Positions 19,476 to 30,372 are shown, numbered from the stretch's first letter. The stretch is 64,000 nucleotides of DNA from Candidatus Omnitrophota bacterium (GCA_015233115.1 JADFYJ010000013.1:9670-73669); one strand, 5' to 3'. Notes: a model not told the origin generated them from the letters alone. Numbers and translations are program-made.

Positions 19476-20477
19476 CTAACTTAATTCAGAATTAGAGCGA
19501 TAGCAATCTAAAGGAACAAATAACTCATCAAAAAAACGCAATACAGCGCCAAGCTGCGGAACAGGCATCGGTCGTCTTTTTCCCTCTAACACACTCTCTA
19601 ATAATATCACAACTTCATTCACACCCAGCAAGGTTCTCATATAAGTCGTTCCGGAGAAACGCGGGTTAATTTCAAATATAAACGGCCCTTGTTCGGTCAA
19701 ACGCAGTTGATAATTCGCCGGACCAAATAAATTCAGGACTTTGGCTGCTTGAACAATATAGCGGTTTACGTCTTCGCATGTGTCATCACAAATCGCGCGG
19801 AAAGTGTTTCCATCTTTTAAATCCCTGCGCAAGCTAATGACACTTTTCACCTCGCCGTCCAATATCAATGACCCGCAGGTATATTCTTTTTCTATGGTGC
19901 CCATTTCTTTTTGGATCACCGGATTGGGGCATACCAAAAGGGCGTGATCTAACTCGGTTTCATTCTTCACGAAAAACACATTCCGAGACCTAAAACCTCT
20001 CCGCGGTTTGACAACGTAAGGAAAAGCATTTTGACTGATAAAAGGCTTAATGCTTTCCGGCAAACACGACGGAGCGTAATTCAGTCCCCGTTCCCTCAAA
20101 CATTCCGCAGTCAGCCATTTGTCCTGGCAAATACGAATGCTGGCTTCATCCCCTACAATAATTTTCGCTTTGGTTTCTTGCTCTAACCGTTGTTTATATC
20201 GCGAAAAAATATCCAGTTCGAAATCCAAACCAATCAAAACCACATCAATGTTTTCGTGAATCAAAATTTTCTTAACCGCGCTGATCCATTCTTCTTCCGT
20301 GACTTCCTTTTTAAGAATATCCGGCAAAAGATACTGACTATCCGCCCAATACAAACCCACGGCGTGAGAAAAATAATCTGCGGCTATAATCCGGCATTTC
20401 AAAGAACTTTTGCGGATTGATTTAATGAGCGCCTGTCCAATAACTGAGCCAGCGCCAGTCACTAACACATTACTCAT
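19476..20477 (-). CDS. ATP-grasp ligase
   Basis: DKW, PYVVKPR.G..S and FEINPRFSG motifs. Confidence 0.85.
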   Translation of the reverse strand: MSNVLVTGAGSVIGQALIKSIRKSSLKCRIIAADYFSHAVGLYWADSQYLLPDILKKEVTEEEWISAVKKILIHENIDVVLIGLDFELDIFSRYKQRLEQETKAKIIVGDEASIRICQDKWLTAECLRERGLNYAPSCLPESIKPFISQNAFPYVVKPRRGFRSRNVFFVKNETELDHALLVCPNPVIQKEMGTIEKEYTCGSLILDGEVKSVISLRRDLKDGNTFRAICDDTCEDVNRYIVQAAKVLNLFGPANYQLRLTEQGPFIFEINPRFSGTTYMRTLLGVNEVVILLESVLEGKRRPMPVPQLGAVLRFFDELFVPLDCYRSNSELS

Positions 20478-21178
20478 AAGATGCCTTTCATCAGCTCGAA
20501 ACATCGGCCTAATTCTTCTACGCGGTGAACATCAGATCCGCACGAAACATAAGGATTATATTTTTTACATAACCGCGTCATAAGTGGAATGATGCTGGGC
20601 AGTAAATATTTTGAATTCCATTCTAACGCCATGGGTGTTTTCGCAATTTCCCTCACAATGCTCTCCATATATTCTTCCGGAAACTCGCCATGTGTGGCCA
20701 GTGACATCCCTGCCGGATGAGCCAGTACCTGAATCTTCTGACCTTTAATCATAGCAAAAGTTAAATCCCTTTCACGGCAAAACAAATCTTTCTTTTCCAT
20801 AATAACTATGGAAACAAATGAATCTTCCCTGGGAATACTATGCACACTGCCTAATACCAATTCCGCTTTATTCTTCACTTCATCACTCATATCCACATCA
20901 CCGTCTAAATTTAAAACTTTTGTTTCAACTCCGATTATAATTTCAATAGCCGGATATTTGGTCCGCAATTGAACAATCTCCTCGTAAAAATGGGGATAAT
21001 AATCACTATCCCGACGCACATGTTCCGTAAACGCGATCTGTTTTAAACCTTTTTTAACCGCCATTTGAATAATCGCTTCCGCCCCGCACGCACCATCCGT
21101 CCATGAGGTATGGATATGGCAGTCCACTTTAATTCGTTCCGCGTTTAATTCATTAAAGCGATAAAATTTCATGTCCAT
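20474..21178 (-). CDS. PHP-domain phosphoesterase
   Basis: DCHIHT..TDG, TEH and GSDVH motifs. Confidence 0.85.
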   Translation of the reverse strand: MDMKFYRFNELNAERIKVDCHIHTSWTDGACGAEAIIQMAVKKGLKQIAFTEHVRRDSDYYPHFYEEIVQLRTKYPAIEIIIGVETKVLNLDGDVDMSDEVKNKAELVLGSVHSIPREDSFVSIVIMEKKDLFCRERDLTFAMIKGQKIQVLAHPAGMSLATHGEFPEEYMESIVREIAKTPMALEWNSKYLLPSIIPLMTRLCKKYNPYVSCGSDVHRVEELGRCFELMKGIL

Positions 21179-22296
21179 TATCTAACTCCAACAATATTTC
21201 CTTTAAAACCTCTCGATAGATAATCTTCGCGGATAACTGGATAAAACGTTTCCGGGACGATAAAGATTTGTTCAAAGTTGCCGGAAAACACATTTTCAGA
21301 TTTTAAGACTTTTTTACCGAAATAAATTTGCCCCTGCTTGCTGGTGTCATTATCAACCAGCATAAAATCAAAATTTATATCACACCATTCCAAAATATTC
21401 TTGAGCGTATTGCTCGCTCCGTGGACAGCGCCATGTTTTATTTTCAATAAAGCGCTGATACGTTCCAGCGTCAGGCTTAATTTGTTTTCATAATTGCTAT
21501 AATCTCTTTTGGACGCGACATTAACAGACTGCCCCTGAAACTCAGCCAAAGCGTGATATTCATCCTGATATTTCACTAAATTTTTCAAAACAAAACCATT
21601 CCGCTCAAAAAATAATTTTAAGGACGCATCCGTAAAATATTGAATATGCTGGTGCATAAACAGCGCCGGAGATCCCGTCTCTAAATAATAATCCGCGTTA
21701 TTCACGGAAATAAAGACTTGGCCTTGCGGCGCTAAATGACGACGAATAAAATCCATAAATCCTTCCAGGTCTTCCACATGATCCAACACATCAAACGCGT
21801 AAATAAAATCAAATTTCCGGGACAGATTCAAGTTCCGATCCGCAAAAGCTTTGACAAAATTTATGCCATCGGCAATGCCCGCTGTTTTCAAAGACGGTTC
21901 AATTCCGGTCACATCCTGAATTCCCTGCGACTTTAAGAACCGCAATATATAACCCTTATCACAGCCGATTTCTAAAGCAGACTGAAATGCCGTAATATCC
22001 ACCAGCCGGTTAAAATGCTTAAGGATTTTTTCGCCCCGTTCTTTGCCCCAATTCCCTTCTCCCATGGATACAGACAACTGCGCGGCACAAGACGTATAAA
22101 TATCCGCGAGCGCTGAACGCAATTCTGGAGTCACCTTCTCATAGACGTGGCCGCAGGCTAAACATTGAAATAATTGACACGGAAATTTACCAGCAGATGA
22201 GTTATGGTCATCCGGCGTATTCGTCGCAATCGAAGCCGCAGGCTGGTCTAATATCATTTGAGCTTCCCGGTTTCCACACGCATAACAACGCATCAA
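21178..22296 (-). CDS. Class I methyltransferase with N-terminal Zn ribbon (sugar C-methyltransferase-like)
   Basis: CYACG..CLACG and LEIGCDKG motifs, H..YFT..SL. Confidence 0.8.
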   Translation of the reverse strand: MMRCYACGNREAQMILDQPAASIATNTPDDHNSSAGKFPCQLFQCLACGHVYEKVTPELRSALADIYTSCAAQLSVSMGEGNWGKERGEKILKHFNRLVDITAFQSALEIGCDKGYILRFLKSQGIQDVTGIEPSLKTAGIADGINFVKAFADRNLNLSRKFDFIYAFDVLDHVEDLEGFMDFIRRHLAPQGQVFISVNNADYYLETGSPALFMHQHIQYFTDASLKLFFERNGFVLKNLVKYQDEYHALAEFQGQSVNVASKRDYSNYENKLSLTLERISALLKIKHGAVHGASNTLKNILEWCDINFDFMLVDNDTSKQGQIYFGKKVLKSENVFSGNFEQIFIVPETFYPVIREDYLSRGFKGNIVGVR

Positions 22297-23399
22297 TTTC
22301 TCCGGTCTAAAATTTTAATCAATTGACGGGCAATGTTCACAACATCTTCTTCCTGATTCAAAGTTGAAGACGGCAAGCATAACCCTTTTTCAAATACCTG
22401 ATACGTGTTGGGAAAGCCCGACCGGCCGTTTTCTGAAAACATCGGAAATTCCGTGACTGGCATAAAGAATCTTCGGGTAGGAATCCCCTGTTCTTTTAAC
22501 TGATTTTGAACACTGGCCAAATCTTTATGATCAGGAATGAGCACACTATTGAGCCACCAGGTACTTTGCGCTTTTGGTACTTCTCTTTGAAAAATAATAT
22601 TTTTAAAACCACTCAGCTCATCCTGATAAATCTCATGATATCTTTTTTTCTTTTGTAAAAATTCCTTTAAACGGTCCATTTGCGCGAGGCCTAATGCCGC
22701 TTCCAGATTTGTCATCCGATAATTAAACCCCATTTCCGGGTGAAAATAACCGCGGCTTTCATCCCGGCCTTGGTTCACTAAAAACCGGATATGGCTGATG
22801 CTGTCTTTATCTTTTCCTAAAATCATCCCGCCACCGCCTGTGGTCATGATTTTATTACCATTAAAACTAAAACAACCCAAATCACCCAATGTCCCAGTCA
22901 TGCGGCCGTCAAAACTTGCCCCTAAACTTTCCGTCGCGTCTTCAATAACAAACAGCTTGTGACGTTGTGCTATTTCCAGAATCTCCTTCATGGCGCAGGG
23001 ATTACCAAATAAATGCACAGGAATGACAGCTTTAGTTTTAGGCGTAATGACTTGTTCCATTTTTTTAGGGTCAATATTCCACGTCATTAAATCAATATCT
23101 GCCAACACTGGCGTCGCCCCCACATAAAGAATTGGATTTATTGACGCCACAAACGTCAAGGCCGGAACAATCACTTCATCCCCAGGCCCAATCCCGAGTT
23201 GATAGAGCGCCATATGCAGTGAAGCGGTTCCGCTTTGCGTCGCGACCGCCCACGGAGAGCCCATCCATTCCGCGAAACGTTGTTCAAATTGCGGGATAAA
23301 CGGACCGACTGTTGAAACATAGCCAGAATCAATGGCTTCGCACAAATAGCGTTTTTCCAGGTCACCTAAATTGGGGGCATCTAAAAATATTTCAGACAT
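22293..23399 (-). CDS. legC: LegC-family sugar aminotransferase
   Basis: SGYVSTVG, SFNGNKIMTTGGGG and GFNYRMTN motifs. Confidence 0.88.
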   Translation of the reverse strand: MSEIFLDAPNLGDLEKRYLCEAIDSGYVSTVGPFIPQFEQRFAEWMGSPWAVATQSGTASLHMALYQLGIGPGDEVIVPALTFVASINPILYVGATPVLADIDLMTWNIDPKKMEQVITPKTKAVIPVHLFGNPCAMKEILEIAQRHKLFVIEDATESLGASFDGRMTGTLGDLGCFSFNGNKIMTTGGGGMILGKDKDSISHIRFLVNQGRDESRGYFHPEMGFNYRMTNLEAALGLAQMDRLKEFLQKKKRYHEIYQDELSGFKNIIFQREVPKAQSTWWLNSVLIPDHKDLASVQNQLKEQGIPTRRFFMPVTEFPMFSENGRSGFPNTYQVFEKGLCLPSSTLNQEEDVVNIARQLIKILDRRN

Positions 23400-24390
23400 T
23401 GTAAATTCCTGATTTGTATCCCTGGATGTTTTTCGACTGACGAAACCATGCTATGGTTTCATTGAGACCGTCTTGTAAAGCGCAAGCAGGACTCCATCCG
23501 GTTATTTGTTTTAATTTAGCATGGCTGCCATATAAGCGTTCAACTTCGCTTAATTTAGGACGAAGCCGGTCTTGGTCTTCTTCAATCCGGGCTGATGATC
23601 CCATTAATGTAATAATATTCTGCGCCAAATCTCTAATCGAAATTTCCGATTGAGTGGCAATATTTATATCCTGGCCTATGGCCTGATCTGCTTTGGCGAT
23701 TTCTATGAAACCTTGAACAGTATCTTTCACATAAACAAAATCTCTGGTCGGATGAACTGCTCCTAATTTAATCTGTTTAACTCCCGAAAGCAATTGACAA
23801 ATGACCGTAGGTATAACCGCGCGCGCAGACTGTCGTGGCCCATAAGTATTAAAAGGGCGCACCATGGTCACTGGCAAATCAAAGCTGCGGAAAAATGACT
23901 CAGCTAAACAATCCGCGGCAATCTTGGTCGCGGAATAAGGCGACTGCGGCTGACGTTTATGATTTTCATCAATCGGAACATATTGCGCGGTACCGTACAC
24001 TTCCGACGTTGAAGTCACTAAAACCCGCTTCACTTTAAGATCTTTAGCCGTCTGGAGAATGTTTAACGTGCCTTTAACATTGGTATCAATATAACTATCC
24101 GGAGAATGATAACTAAAAGGAATACCGATCAAGGCAGCCAAATGAAACACGATATCCACGCCTTGCATGGCTTGACGCACGCCATTCGGGTCGCGGATAT
24201 CGCCCGCGAAAATCTCAATCTCCTTGAGCTGTTCCGGAGCTAAAGTATCGAGCCATCCCCAGCTATTAAAGGAATTATAATAAACAAACGCCCGGACCTG
24301 ACAGCCTTGTTTTAAAAGCGCTTCAGTCAAATGAGACCCAATAAAGCCATCCGCTCCGGTCACTAAAACTTTTTTATGCGCAAGATCCAT
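23392..24390 (-). CDS. legB: NAD-dependent 4,6-dehydratase LegB
   Basis: TGADGFIGSH, YNSFNSWGWLD, LAALIGIPFSY and YSATK motifs. Confidence 0.9.
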   Translation of the reverse strand: MDLAHKKVLVTGADGFIGSHLTEALLKQGCQVRAFVYYNSFNSWGWLDTLAPEQLKEIEIFAGDIRDPNGVRQAMQGVDIVFHLAALIGIPFSYHSPDSYIDTNVKGTLNILQTAKDLKVKRVLVTSTSEVYGTAQYVPIDENHKRQPQSPYSATKIAADCLAESFFRSFDLPVTMVRPFNTYGPRQSARAVIPTVICQLLSGVKQIKLGAVHPTRDFVYVKDTVQGFIEIAKADQAIGQDINIATQSEISIRDLAQNIITLMGSSARIEEDQDRLRPKLSEVERLYGSHAKLKQITGWSPACALQDGLNETIAWFRQSKNIQGYKSGIYNV

Positions 24391-24399
24391 AATGTCCTT

Positions 24400-26250
24400 T
24401 CAATTTATCCCCGCTAATTGATATATATAATCCTTCATACGGTCAATGGCTTTGTCATCATCATACGCGTCAAAACTGCGAATATCTTGTTTAGAAATAA
24501 TATCCTTACAACGAACTTTACCTGCTAAAACCGCGTCGATCTGAGCAAATAGTTTATCTTTATCATCAAACACAATTTGATTGAAATATTTGTTAGCTAA
24601 CAAATGTTGACAGTTGCCAGTCTGGTCATAATAAAATGCGTCATATCCACAAATTAACGCGATGGTTGCCGGAGTATTGATCGACATGTTGATAGACACA
24701 TCTGACAGACCTAAAATATTCTCAAAAGGATAAAGGGTGTCAACGACTACAAAATTTTTTAAAAGTTTTAATGCATCGGTAATTTTATTTAACCGCGGCA
24801 TATCCGCAGATAAAACCATATCCCATGGCTTGCAACTTTTAGGTTTTAAAACAATAACATCCTCTGGGTGTTTTTGGGCGTATTCCAGTATCACGCTGAG
24901 ATAATTGATATAAATCTCTTCAGGAATATTGGAATCATTACTAAAAGACGTGTCAAAAAAAGTGATGATTTTCCCTTGAAATGAATGACCTGTGATGTTT
25001 CCGCGCAATTGCTGCCTTTCTTCAGGAGAAAACCGGCAACCTGCCTTATAAACACACCCAATCTTCACTTTTTCATCCACGTAAAAAGTGTGTCCGTAAA
25101 CATTAAAAGTGTTATCCCCCCAGGACATATAAACATTATGCGCAGCGAATGATAAAACCGGATCTTGATAAGCCGTCAAATCACTCCAATTCACAATAAC
25201 ATTTTTTGTGCCATATTTATTCAAAACTATCGTCAAAATCACATCGTCATGATCGGAATGCGAAAGATGAACCTTTCCATCAAAATGGTTCATAAAATTC
25301 TCAAAATAAAACGCCCGATTATGAAATAACAAGGTGTCACTCAACATAAAAGTTTTATTTTTTAACGCATAACCTAAAAAAGTCACGGCCGGAGTCAAAA
25401 AATAACGCGAAACAATCTTTAAAAAATTTTGATTAATATTAATTTTTAACATTCTCAACCGCGCGGTTTGATAACCTTTTTCCTGAGCGTTTCGTAAAGC
25501 CAAATTACGTCCTTCGCTCTGATCTTCGAGCGCGTAAAACAAAACATCTTCTTTTTTAATCTTAGAGCTTTCCACAAAAAAATCATCATTCAAATATTTT
25601 CGTTCAAACCCAGTAACGCTTTCTTTGATAAACAAGAATTTTTTCCGTTGCTGGTTTAAAACAAAACCCCTGCGGACAAAATTCAGGATCATCTTGCCAT
25701 AGTACATTCCTAGCAATAAAAATGAGGCATGGGAATTTATAAACTCAATTCTCACCTTTAAACCATAATGCTCCATGAAATATTGGGTTACAAAATCATT
25801 GAGCGGCGTCCGCACCATAACCAAGGTTGGTTCTTCTAAAAAATCCCTTTTCAATAAGTGCAAATGTTTTAATACCGCAAAAATTTGGCGAGACATCTGT
25901 TTTTTGACAAACGCCTCTACTTTGTTCGTCTGATAAATACGGTTATACCGTGTAATAAAATAATCATAATCCGGGCTGTGCTGCTTATAATATAAATCCA
26001 AAACACGCATAGTTTCTTCAGACAAATCATACCACAACCCTATGGTCTTAGCCCCCACCGATGGCAAGATCGAAACAGATTGCTCAAAATATTTTTTACC
26101 CCCAGGCAATTTCCGGAAAAATGATCCAAGCTTAGACGGGATCCCGGGATAAAAAACCGAAACTTTGTATCCTTTTCTCCACGCCCGAAACATGACTTGG
26201 GCATTTTCAACCAAATCGTTTCCTAAAATTAATATGTAATTGTTTGGCAT
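24400..26250 (-). CDS. Hypothetical polysaccharide biosynthesis protein, putative GT-B-like ulosonate transferase
   Basis: 616 aa, C-terminal ..LKPK.. and LSDVSI..T motifs reminiscent of PFTS-motif or sialyltransferase-like proteins, plus genomic context. Confidence 0.45.
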   Translation of the reverse strand: MPNNYILILGNDLVENAQVMFRAWRKGYKVSVFYPGIPSKLGSFFRKLPGGKKYFEQSVSILPSVGAKTIGLWYDLSEETMRVLDLYYKQHSPDYDYFITRYNRIYQTNKVEAFVKKQMSRQIFAVLKHLHLLKRDFLEEPTLVMVRTPLNDFVTQYFMEHYGLKVRIEFINSHASFLLLGMYYGKMILNFVRRGFVLNQQRKKFLFIKESVTGFERKYLNDDFFVESSKIKKEDVLFYALEDQSEGRNLALRNAQEKGYQTARLRMLKININQNFLKIVSRYFLTPAVTFLGYALKNKTFMLSDTLLFHNRAFYFENFMNHFDGKVHLSHSDHDDVILTIVLNKYGTKNVIVNWSDLTAYQDPVLSFAAHNVYMSWGDNTFNVYGHTFYVDEKVKIGCVYKAGCRFSPEERQQLRGNITGHSFQGKIITFFDTSFSNDSNIPEEIYINYLSVILEYAQKHPEDVIVLKPKSCKPWDMVLSADMPRLNKITDALKLLKNFVVVDTLYPFENILGLSDVSINMSINTPATIALICGYDAFYYDQTGNCQHLLANKYFNQIVFDDKDKLFAQIDAVLAGKVRCKDIISKQDIRSFDAYDDDKAIDRMKDYIYQLAGIN

Positions 26251-26255
26251 AATAT

Positions 26256-27296
26256 TTACCTAAAAATCGTATTGAGATACGGCTTAAAAATTTTCTCTGT
26301 CACTTCGCCTTTGGCGTGCATCCCATCAAAAAAATCTTTTTCTTTTAAAGCAAACTTTGCCGGGTCATACGATCCGATGACAGGTATCCCGTTCCTCAAA
26401 GCGTTATCACGCAACATCTCTTCCATAGTTACAATATTCTTTTCCCAATTCGTCTCTTTATATGTCACATAAGCAAAGGGGTCATAGGGCGGCAAAAAAA
26501 ACACAATCTTAACTTTATCGTGCTGCATCATCGCAATGAAATGGTTCCAACGATCAAAAATTTTTGGATCAACCGTAAAATTATTCATAGACGTTTTCGC
26601 GTAAATAACCTGTTTCCTGGACCGGTCAACACAGGTCTTAGCGATATTTTCTCTATAATTGATGGACCCATCACTCAAAATCCGGTGCCAAGGCAAATGC
26701 TGATCCTCTCCTCTATAAAATTTTTCAAAAACATACCGATAAACTGCTTTTTGAAATTTGTTAAAAGAAAAAAGAGCAAAAAACGCGTTCTCTTTTTTCC
26801 CCTGAGGCTGATCGTTGGTCCACGGCATATTGATAAATTTTGATACTTCCTCTTATTCTTGAGCCAGATCTTTATACCGGTTTTGTTCATTTTTCGCGTT
26901 AAAAATCCAAGGATCAATGCCTAATATCACCACGGAAGGGATCAAACCTTTTTTTCGATACATCCAATAATAGATCAAATAATCTTCCAGGCTCGCGCCA
27001 GCCACACCGCAATTAAAAAAAGTATGCTCAGGAAAAAAGGATCCCCTCACTTCCATAGCGCGGCTGGACCCAAGGACAATAATGTCATCTTTATACGTCA
27101 ATCCCTCGATATAATATTTTTTAACAAACCGGTCGCGGACAGACAATAAATCTCCGTCTAATACGGCACTTTTCCCCTCCAACAGGGTTTGCGCGATTTT
27201 TTGTTCTTGGTCTCCGGAATTCATTAACCGGTTAAAGAAACCCACGGCTAATAAAATGGGAAATAAAAATAATAATTTAATAAAAAATTTTTTCAT
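26256..27296 (-). pseudogene. SGNH/AlgJ-DltD-like partner of the MBOAT, split by an in-frame TAA at 26853-26855
   Basis: The two track ORFs share one frame (..LAQE*EEVSKFINMPW..). The GSSR motif lies in the 5' part and DGMH in the 3' part. Confidence 0.8.
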
Positions 27297-27305
27297 TGCC
27301 TATTC

Positions 27306-27358
27306 CGGGGACAAGTACTTAATTGTTAAAATTTATCGCAATTAAGAACATGTCCCCG
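27306..27358. repeat. GGGGACA-type palindromic element
   Basis: CGGGGACAAGTACTTAATTG ... CAATTAAGAACATGTCCCCG, 18/20 pairing. Confidence 0.85.
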
Positions 27359-27360
27359 CA

Positions 27361-28803
27361 TTAAAATTGAAAATATAAAAATTTAATCTTTTCAAACACC
27401 CCAAACAACAAAATCCAGGAAACACAACCGTAATACACAGACCATCTGATTTTTAATGACTGGCGTGAAATAAAATCAATAATATCTTCTTTGCGCTCAA
27501 TCACATGCGTGACTCCTAAACAAAAAATCGCCAGAAACAATAATAAACCCGATGAAAGCTGGTGAAGATTGATTTCCTCATAAACCCTTTGAAACCCATG
27601 AGGGCTGAAAATTTTATCTAACCCGACGAATAAATGGGTCACGATATAGTATGCATCGTGCCGCGACTGAGCCCGGAAAAATATCCAGGCAAAACAAACC
27701 AAGCCAAAAGTCATAAAAATCCGCAGCCCCTTATGCAGGTAAACCATTCTGTCTAAACCAATCAACTGAACAAATTTCGCGCGTATATTTTTGGTAAAAG
27801 ATCCAAAAAGCAGATAAAAGCCATGTAACACGCCCCAAATCATAAACGTAACCCCATGTCCGCCTCCCACTGAACTGCCGTGCCATATCCCGCTCAATAA
27901 AAAGGTCACCATCACGCTCATCACAAAGACCCATTTCGTTCCCCTGCTCCCACCTAACGGGATATACACATAGTCCCTGAACCAGGTTGATAATGAAATA
28001 TGCCAGCGCCTCCAAAATTCCCGAATAGAGTCTGCCACATACGGACGGTCAAAGTTCTTCATTAATTTAAATCCCATCACCCTCGCAGCTCCGATGGCAA
28101 TATCTGAATATCCGGAAAAATCACAGTAAATTTGAAACGCGAATAACACAGTCGCGATGATCAAAGACCAGCCCGTATAATCATGCGGGCTATAATAAAT
28201 CGGATTAACAATATAAGCGGCCCGGTCAGCAATCACTACTTTCTTAAACATCCCCCAGGTCATTAATTTCAGTCCATAGGTCACATCTTGATAGTTAAAT
28301 TTATGTTTTTCATGAAATTGATGCAGTAAATTGTACGGCCGTTCAATAGGCCCAGCCACTAATTGCGGATAAAACATGACGTATAGCGCGTAAATAAAAA
28401 AGTTTTTCTCCGCTTTTTGTCTGCCGCGGTAAACTTCGATCGTGTAGCTCATGGATTGAAACGTATGAAACGACAGCCCTATCGGCAATATGATCTGCGG
28501 AAAAATTCCTTTAACCATGCCGGTAAAATATTTAAAAAATACTAAAATTCCCACATTCGCAATGAGACTTAAAATCAAAAAAGTTTTACGTTTTGACCCC
28601 TGCGCGTTTTCAATATAAATCCCGGCGAAATAATCAATAACAATTAAAGCGAAAAGGATCAAAATATATTTAGGAATGAAGAACATGTAAAAATAACAGC
28701 TCGCGGCCAGCAGAAATAAAATCCGTCCCCTATGAGGAAAAAGAAAATATAAAAGGGTAACCATAGGGAAAAATATTAAAAATTCGACAGAATTAAAAAT
28801 CAT
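27361..28803 (-). CDS. MBOAT O-acyltransferase (AlgI/PatA-like)
   Basis: LPIGLSFHTFQ, PQLVAGPIER, QIYCDFSGYSD, FWRRWHISLS and SGIWHG motifs. Confidence 0.93.
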   Translation of the reverse strand: MIFNSVEFLIFFPMVTLLYFLFPHRGRILFLLAASCYFYMFFIPKYILILFALIVIDYFAGIYIENAQGSKRKTFLILSLIANVGILVFFKYFTGMVKGIFPQIILPIGLSFHTFQSMSYTIEVYRGRQKAEKNFFIYALYVMFYPQLVAGPIERPYNLLHQFHEKHKFNYQDVTYGLKLMTWGMFKKVVIADRAAYIVNPIYYSPHDYTGWSLIIATVLFAFQIYCDFSGYSDIAIGAARVMGFKLMKNFDRPYVADSIREFWRRWHISLSTWFRDYVYIPLGGSRGTKWVFVMSVMVTFLLSGIWHGSSVGGGHGVTFMIWGVLHGFYLLFGSFTKNIRAKFVQLIGLDRMVYLHKGLRIFMTFGLVCFAWIFFRAQSRHDAYYIVTHLFVGLDKIFSPHGFQRVYEEINLHQLSSGLLLFLAIFCLGVTHVIERKEDIIDFISRQSLKIRWSVYYGCVSWILLFGVFEKIKFLYFQF

Positions 28804-28826
28804 TGCTCAATCCTAATGTTACTCGA

Positions 28827-30311
28827 TTATTGCCCCGGTCTATTTTTAAACGACTGAATCATGTCTCCAAAACTGGCGAATTGCCCTAAAGAACCATAAT
28901 AAGCGAGATATAAAAATAATATACTTCTCAGTTTTCCCCATATGGCCCCATAGCGTTTGCTCCGTAAAAGTTTTTTGATTTCCAACCCATGTAATCCGCG
29001 GTAAACAAAATTTCTTAAATACGCGGCAGACCTGAACTCCGAAAGATTTACCAGATACTTATCCTGGCTGGTGACTTTAAGCAGATAATCCCGTTCATCT
29101 TTAATCAAACCTTCGGCAATCGCTTGATCATACATCGGCGATCCTGGATAAGCTGTCGCAAACCACACCTGAAATTGATCCTCGGTCATGCCATACTGTT
29201 CCTGCAAATCATAAAGATATTCCAGGAATTTAAATGTTTCTCTTACCGTAGCCTTATTCTCGCCAAAATGGCCAAAAAGAATATTCGTCCGGCTAATCAT
29301 CCCATGTTTAAGCGTAAGCTCTAAAGCGCGCTTATTATCTTCTAAAGTCACTTCTTTTTTCATCAGTTTCAACATCTTAGGGCTTCCAGATTCCGTCCCA
29401 TATCCGATACGTTTAAAATCCGCTTTTTTCATAGCTATAATCACATCTTCCGTTACCAAACTTGGTTTGCCGCCGCCGCAAGAAAAAGTTAAGCCCAACC
29501 CGGAAGTGCTGAGCGCTTCACACAGAGCAATAAACCATGTTCTATCAACAAAAACCAGTTCATCGTACAAGGACACACCCGTAATATGAAACTGCTCTTT
29601 CAAATATTTTAAATGCCGTAAAATATATTCAATGGAATGATGCCGCCATTTCCGGATCAGCCGAAAACAAAACGTGCAGGAAAAAGGGCAGCCCCGGGTA
29701 AAAATCATAGTGATGATGCGGGGAGACACTTTCCCATCAGCCATCTCTTGCCTGAAAATTTTTGTGGCGTATTGAATATAAAATTCCATGTCTACCAAGT
29801 CATAGGCTGGAAATGAAATCGTGTCGATATTTTCGATATACGCGGACTGTTGTTGAGACGCCTTAAAAACTTTTCCCTGCCGATAGTAAATATTAGGAAC
29901 CAGTTCCCAATTTTTATTCCCGCGCATTTCTTTGAGGAGCTTAATAACTGTTTCTTCCCCTTCTCCCGCGCAAATAAAATCAATCGGCGTATAAGCTTGA
30001 ATAATTTTTAACGCGGAAACCCCTACGGAGCCGCCTAATAACAAGGGAATTTCCGGAAAATTATTTTTAAGAATTTTACTCAAGCGTTCCACTTGATAAT
30101 ACGCGGTGATGATCCCGCTAAAGGTGATTAAATCCGGCTGAAAATTTTTGATTATTTCTAAAAGATTGATTTCACTTTCTGAATAGCGAACTAAATCAAT
30201 CAATTTAATTTCATGCCCGGCATCCCTGAGTGCGGCAGCAATGTACAAAACTCCCAAATTTAAAAAAGCATGGTCATTTTTCGTTTTTAAATTAATCAAA
30301 ATAATTTTCAT
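28827..30311 (-). CDS. Cobalamin-binding radical SAM protein (class B methyltransferase-like)
   Basis: N-terminal B12-binding domain (LG..YIAA, GEGE), RGCPFSCTFC and G.ESGS motifs. Confidence 0.9.
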   Translation of the reverse strand: MKIILINLKTKNDHAFLNLGVLYIAAALRDAGHEIKLIDLVRYSESEINLLEIIKNFQPDLITFSGIITAYYQVERLSKILKNNFPEIPLLLGGSVGVSALKIIQAYTPIDFICAGEGEETVIKLLKEMRGNKNWELVPNIYYRQGKVFKASQQQSAYIENIDTISFPAYDLVDMEFYIQYATKIFRQEMADGKVSPRIITMIFTRGCPFSCTFCFRLIRKWRHHSIEYILRHLKYLKEQFHITGVSLYDELVFVDRTWFIALCEALSTSGLGLTFSCGGGKPSLVTEDVIIAMKKADFKRIGYGTESGSPKMLKLMKKEVTLEDNKRALELTLKHGMISRTNILFGHFGENKATVRETFKFLEYLYDLQEQYGMTEDQFQVWFATAYPGSPMYDQAIAEGLIKDERDYLLKVTSQDKYLVNLSEFRSAAYLRNFVYRGLHGLEIKKLLRSKRYGAIWGKLRSILFLYLAYYGSLGQFASFGDMIQSFKNRPGQ

Positions 30312-30372
30312 TTTTCATCCTTTTTACTGGTCGGAATTCCACCGAGAGTGATCACTTCATACCTGACCCCTT

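Noticed and set aside
26853-26855. Stop-codon reassignment or programmed readthrough
   Set aside because: TAA terminates many intact genes in this window, and no recoding signal is evident.
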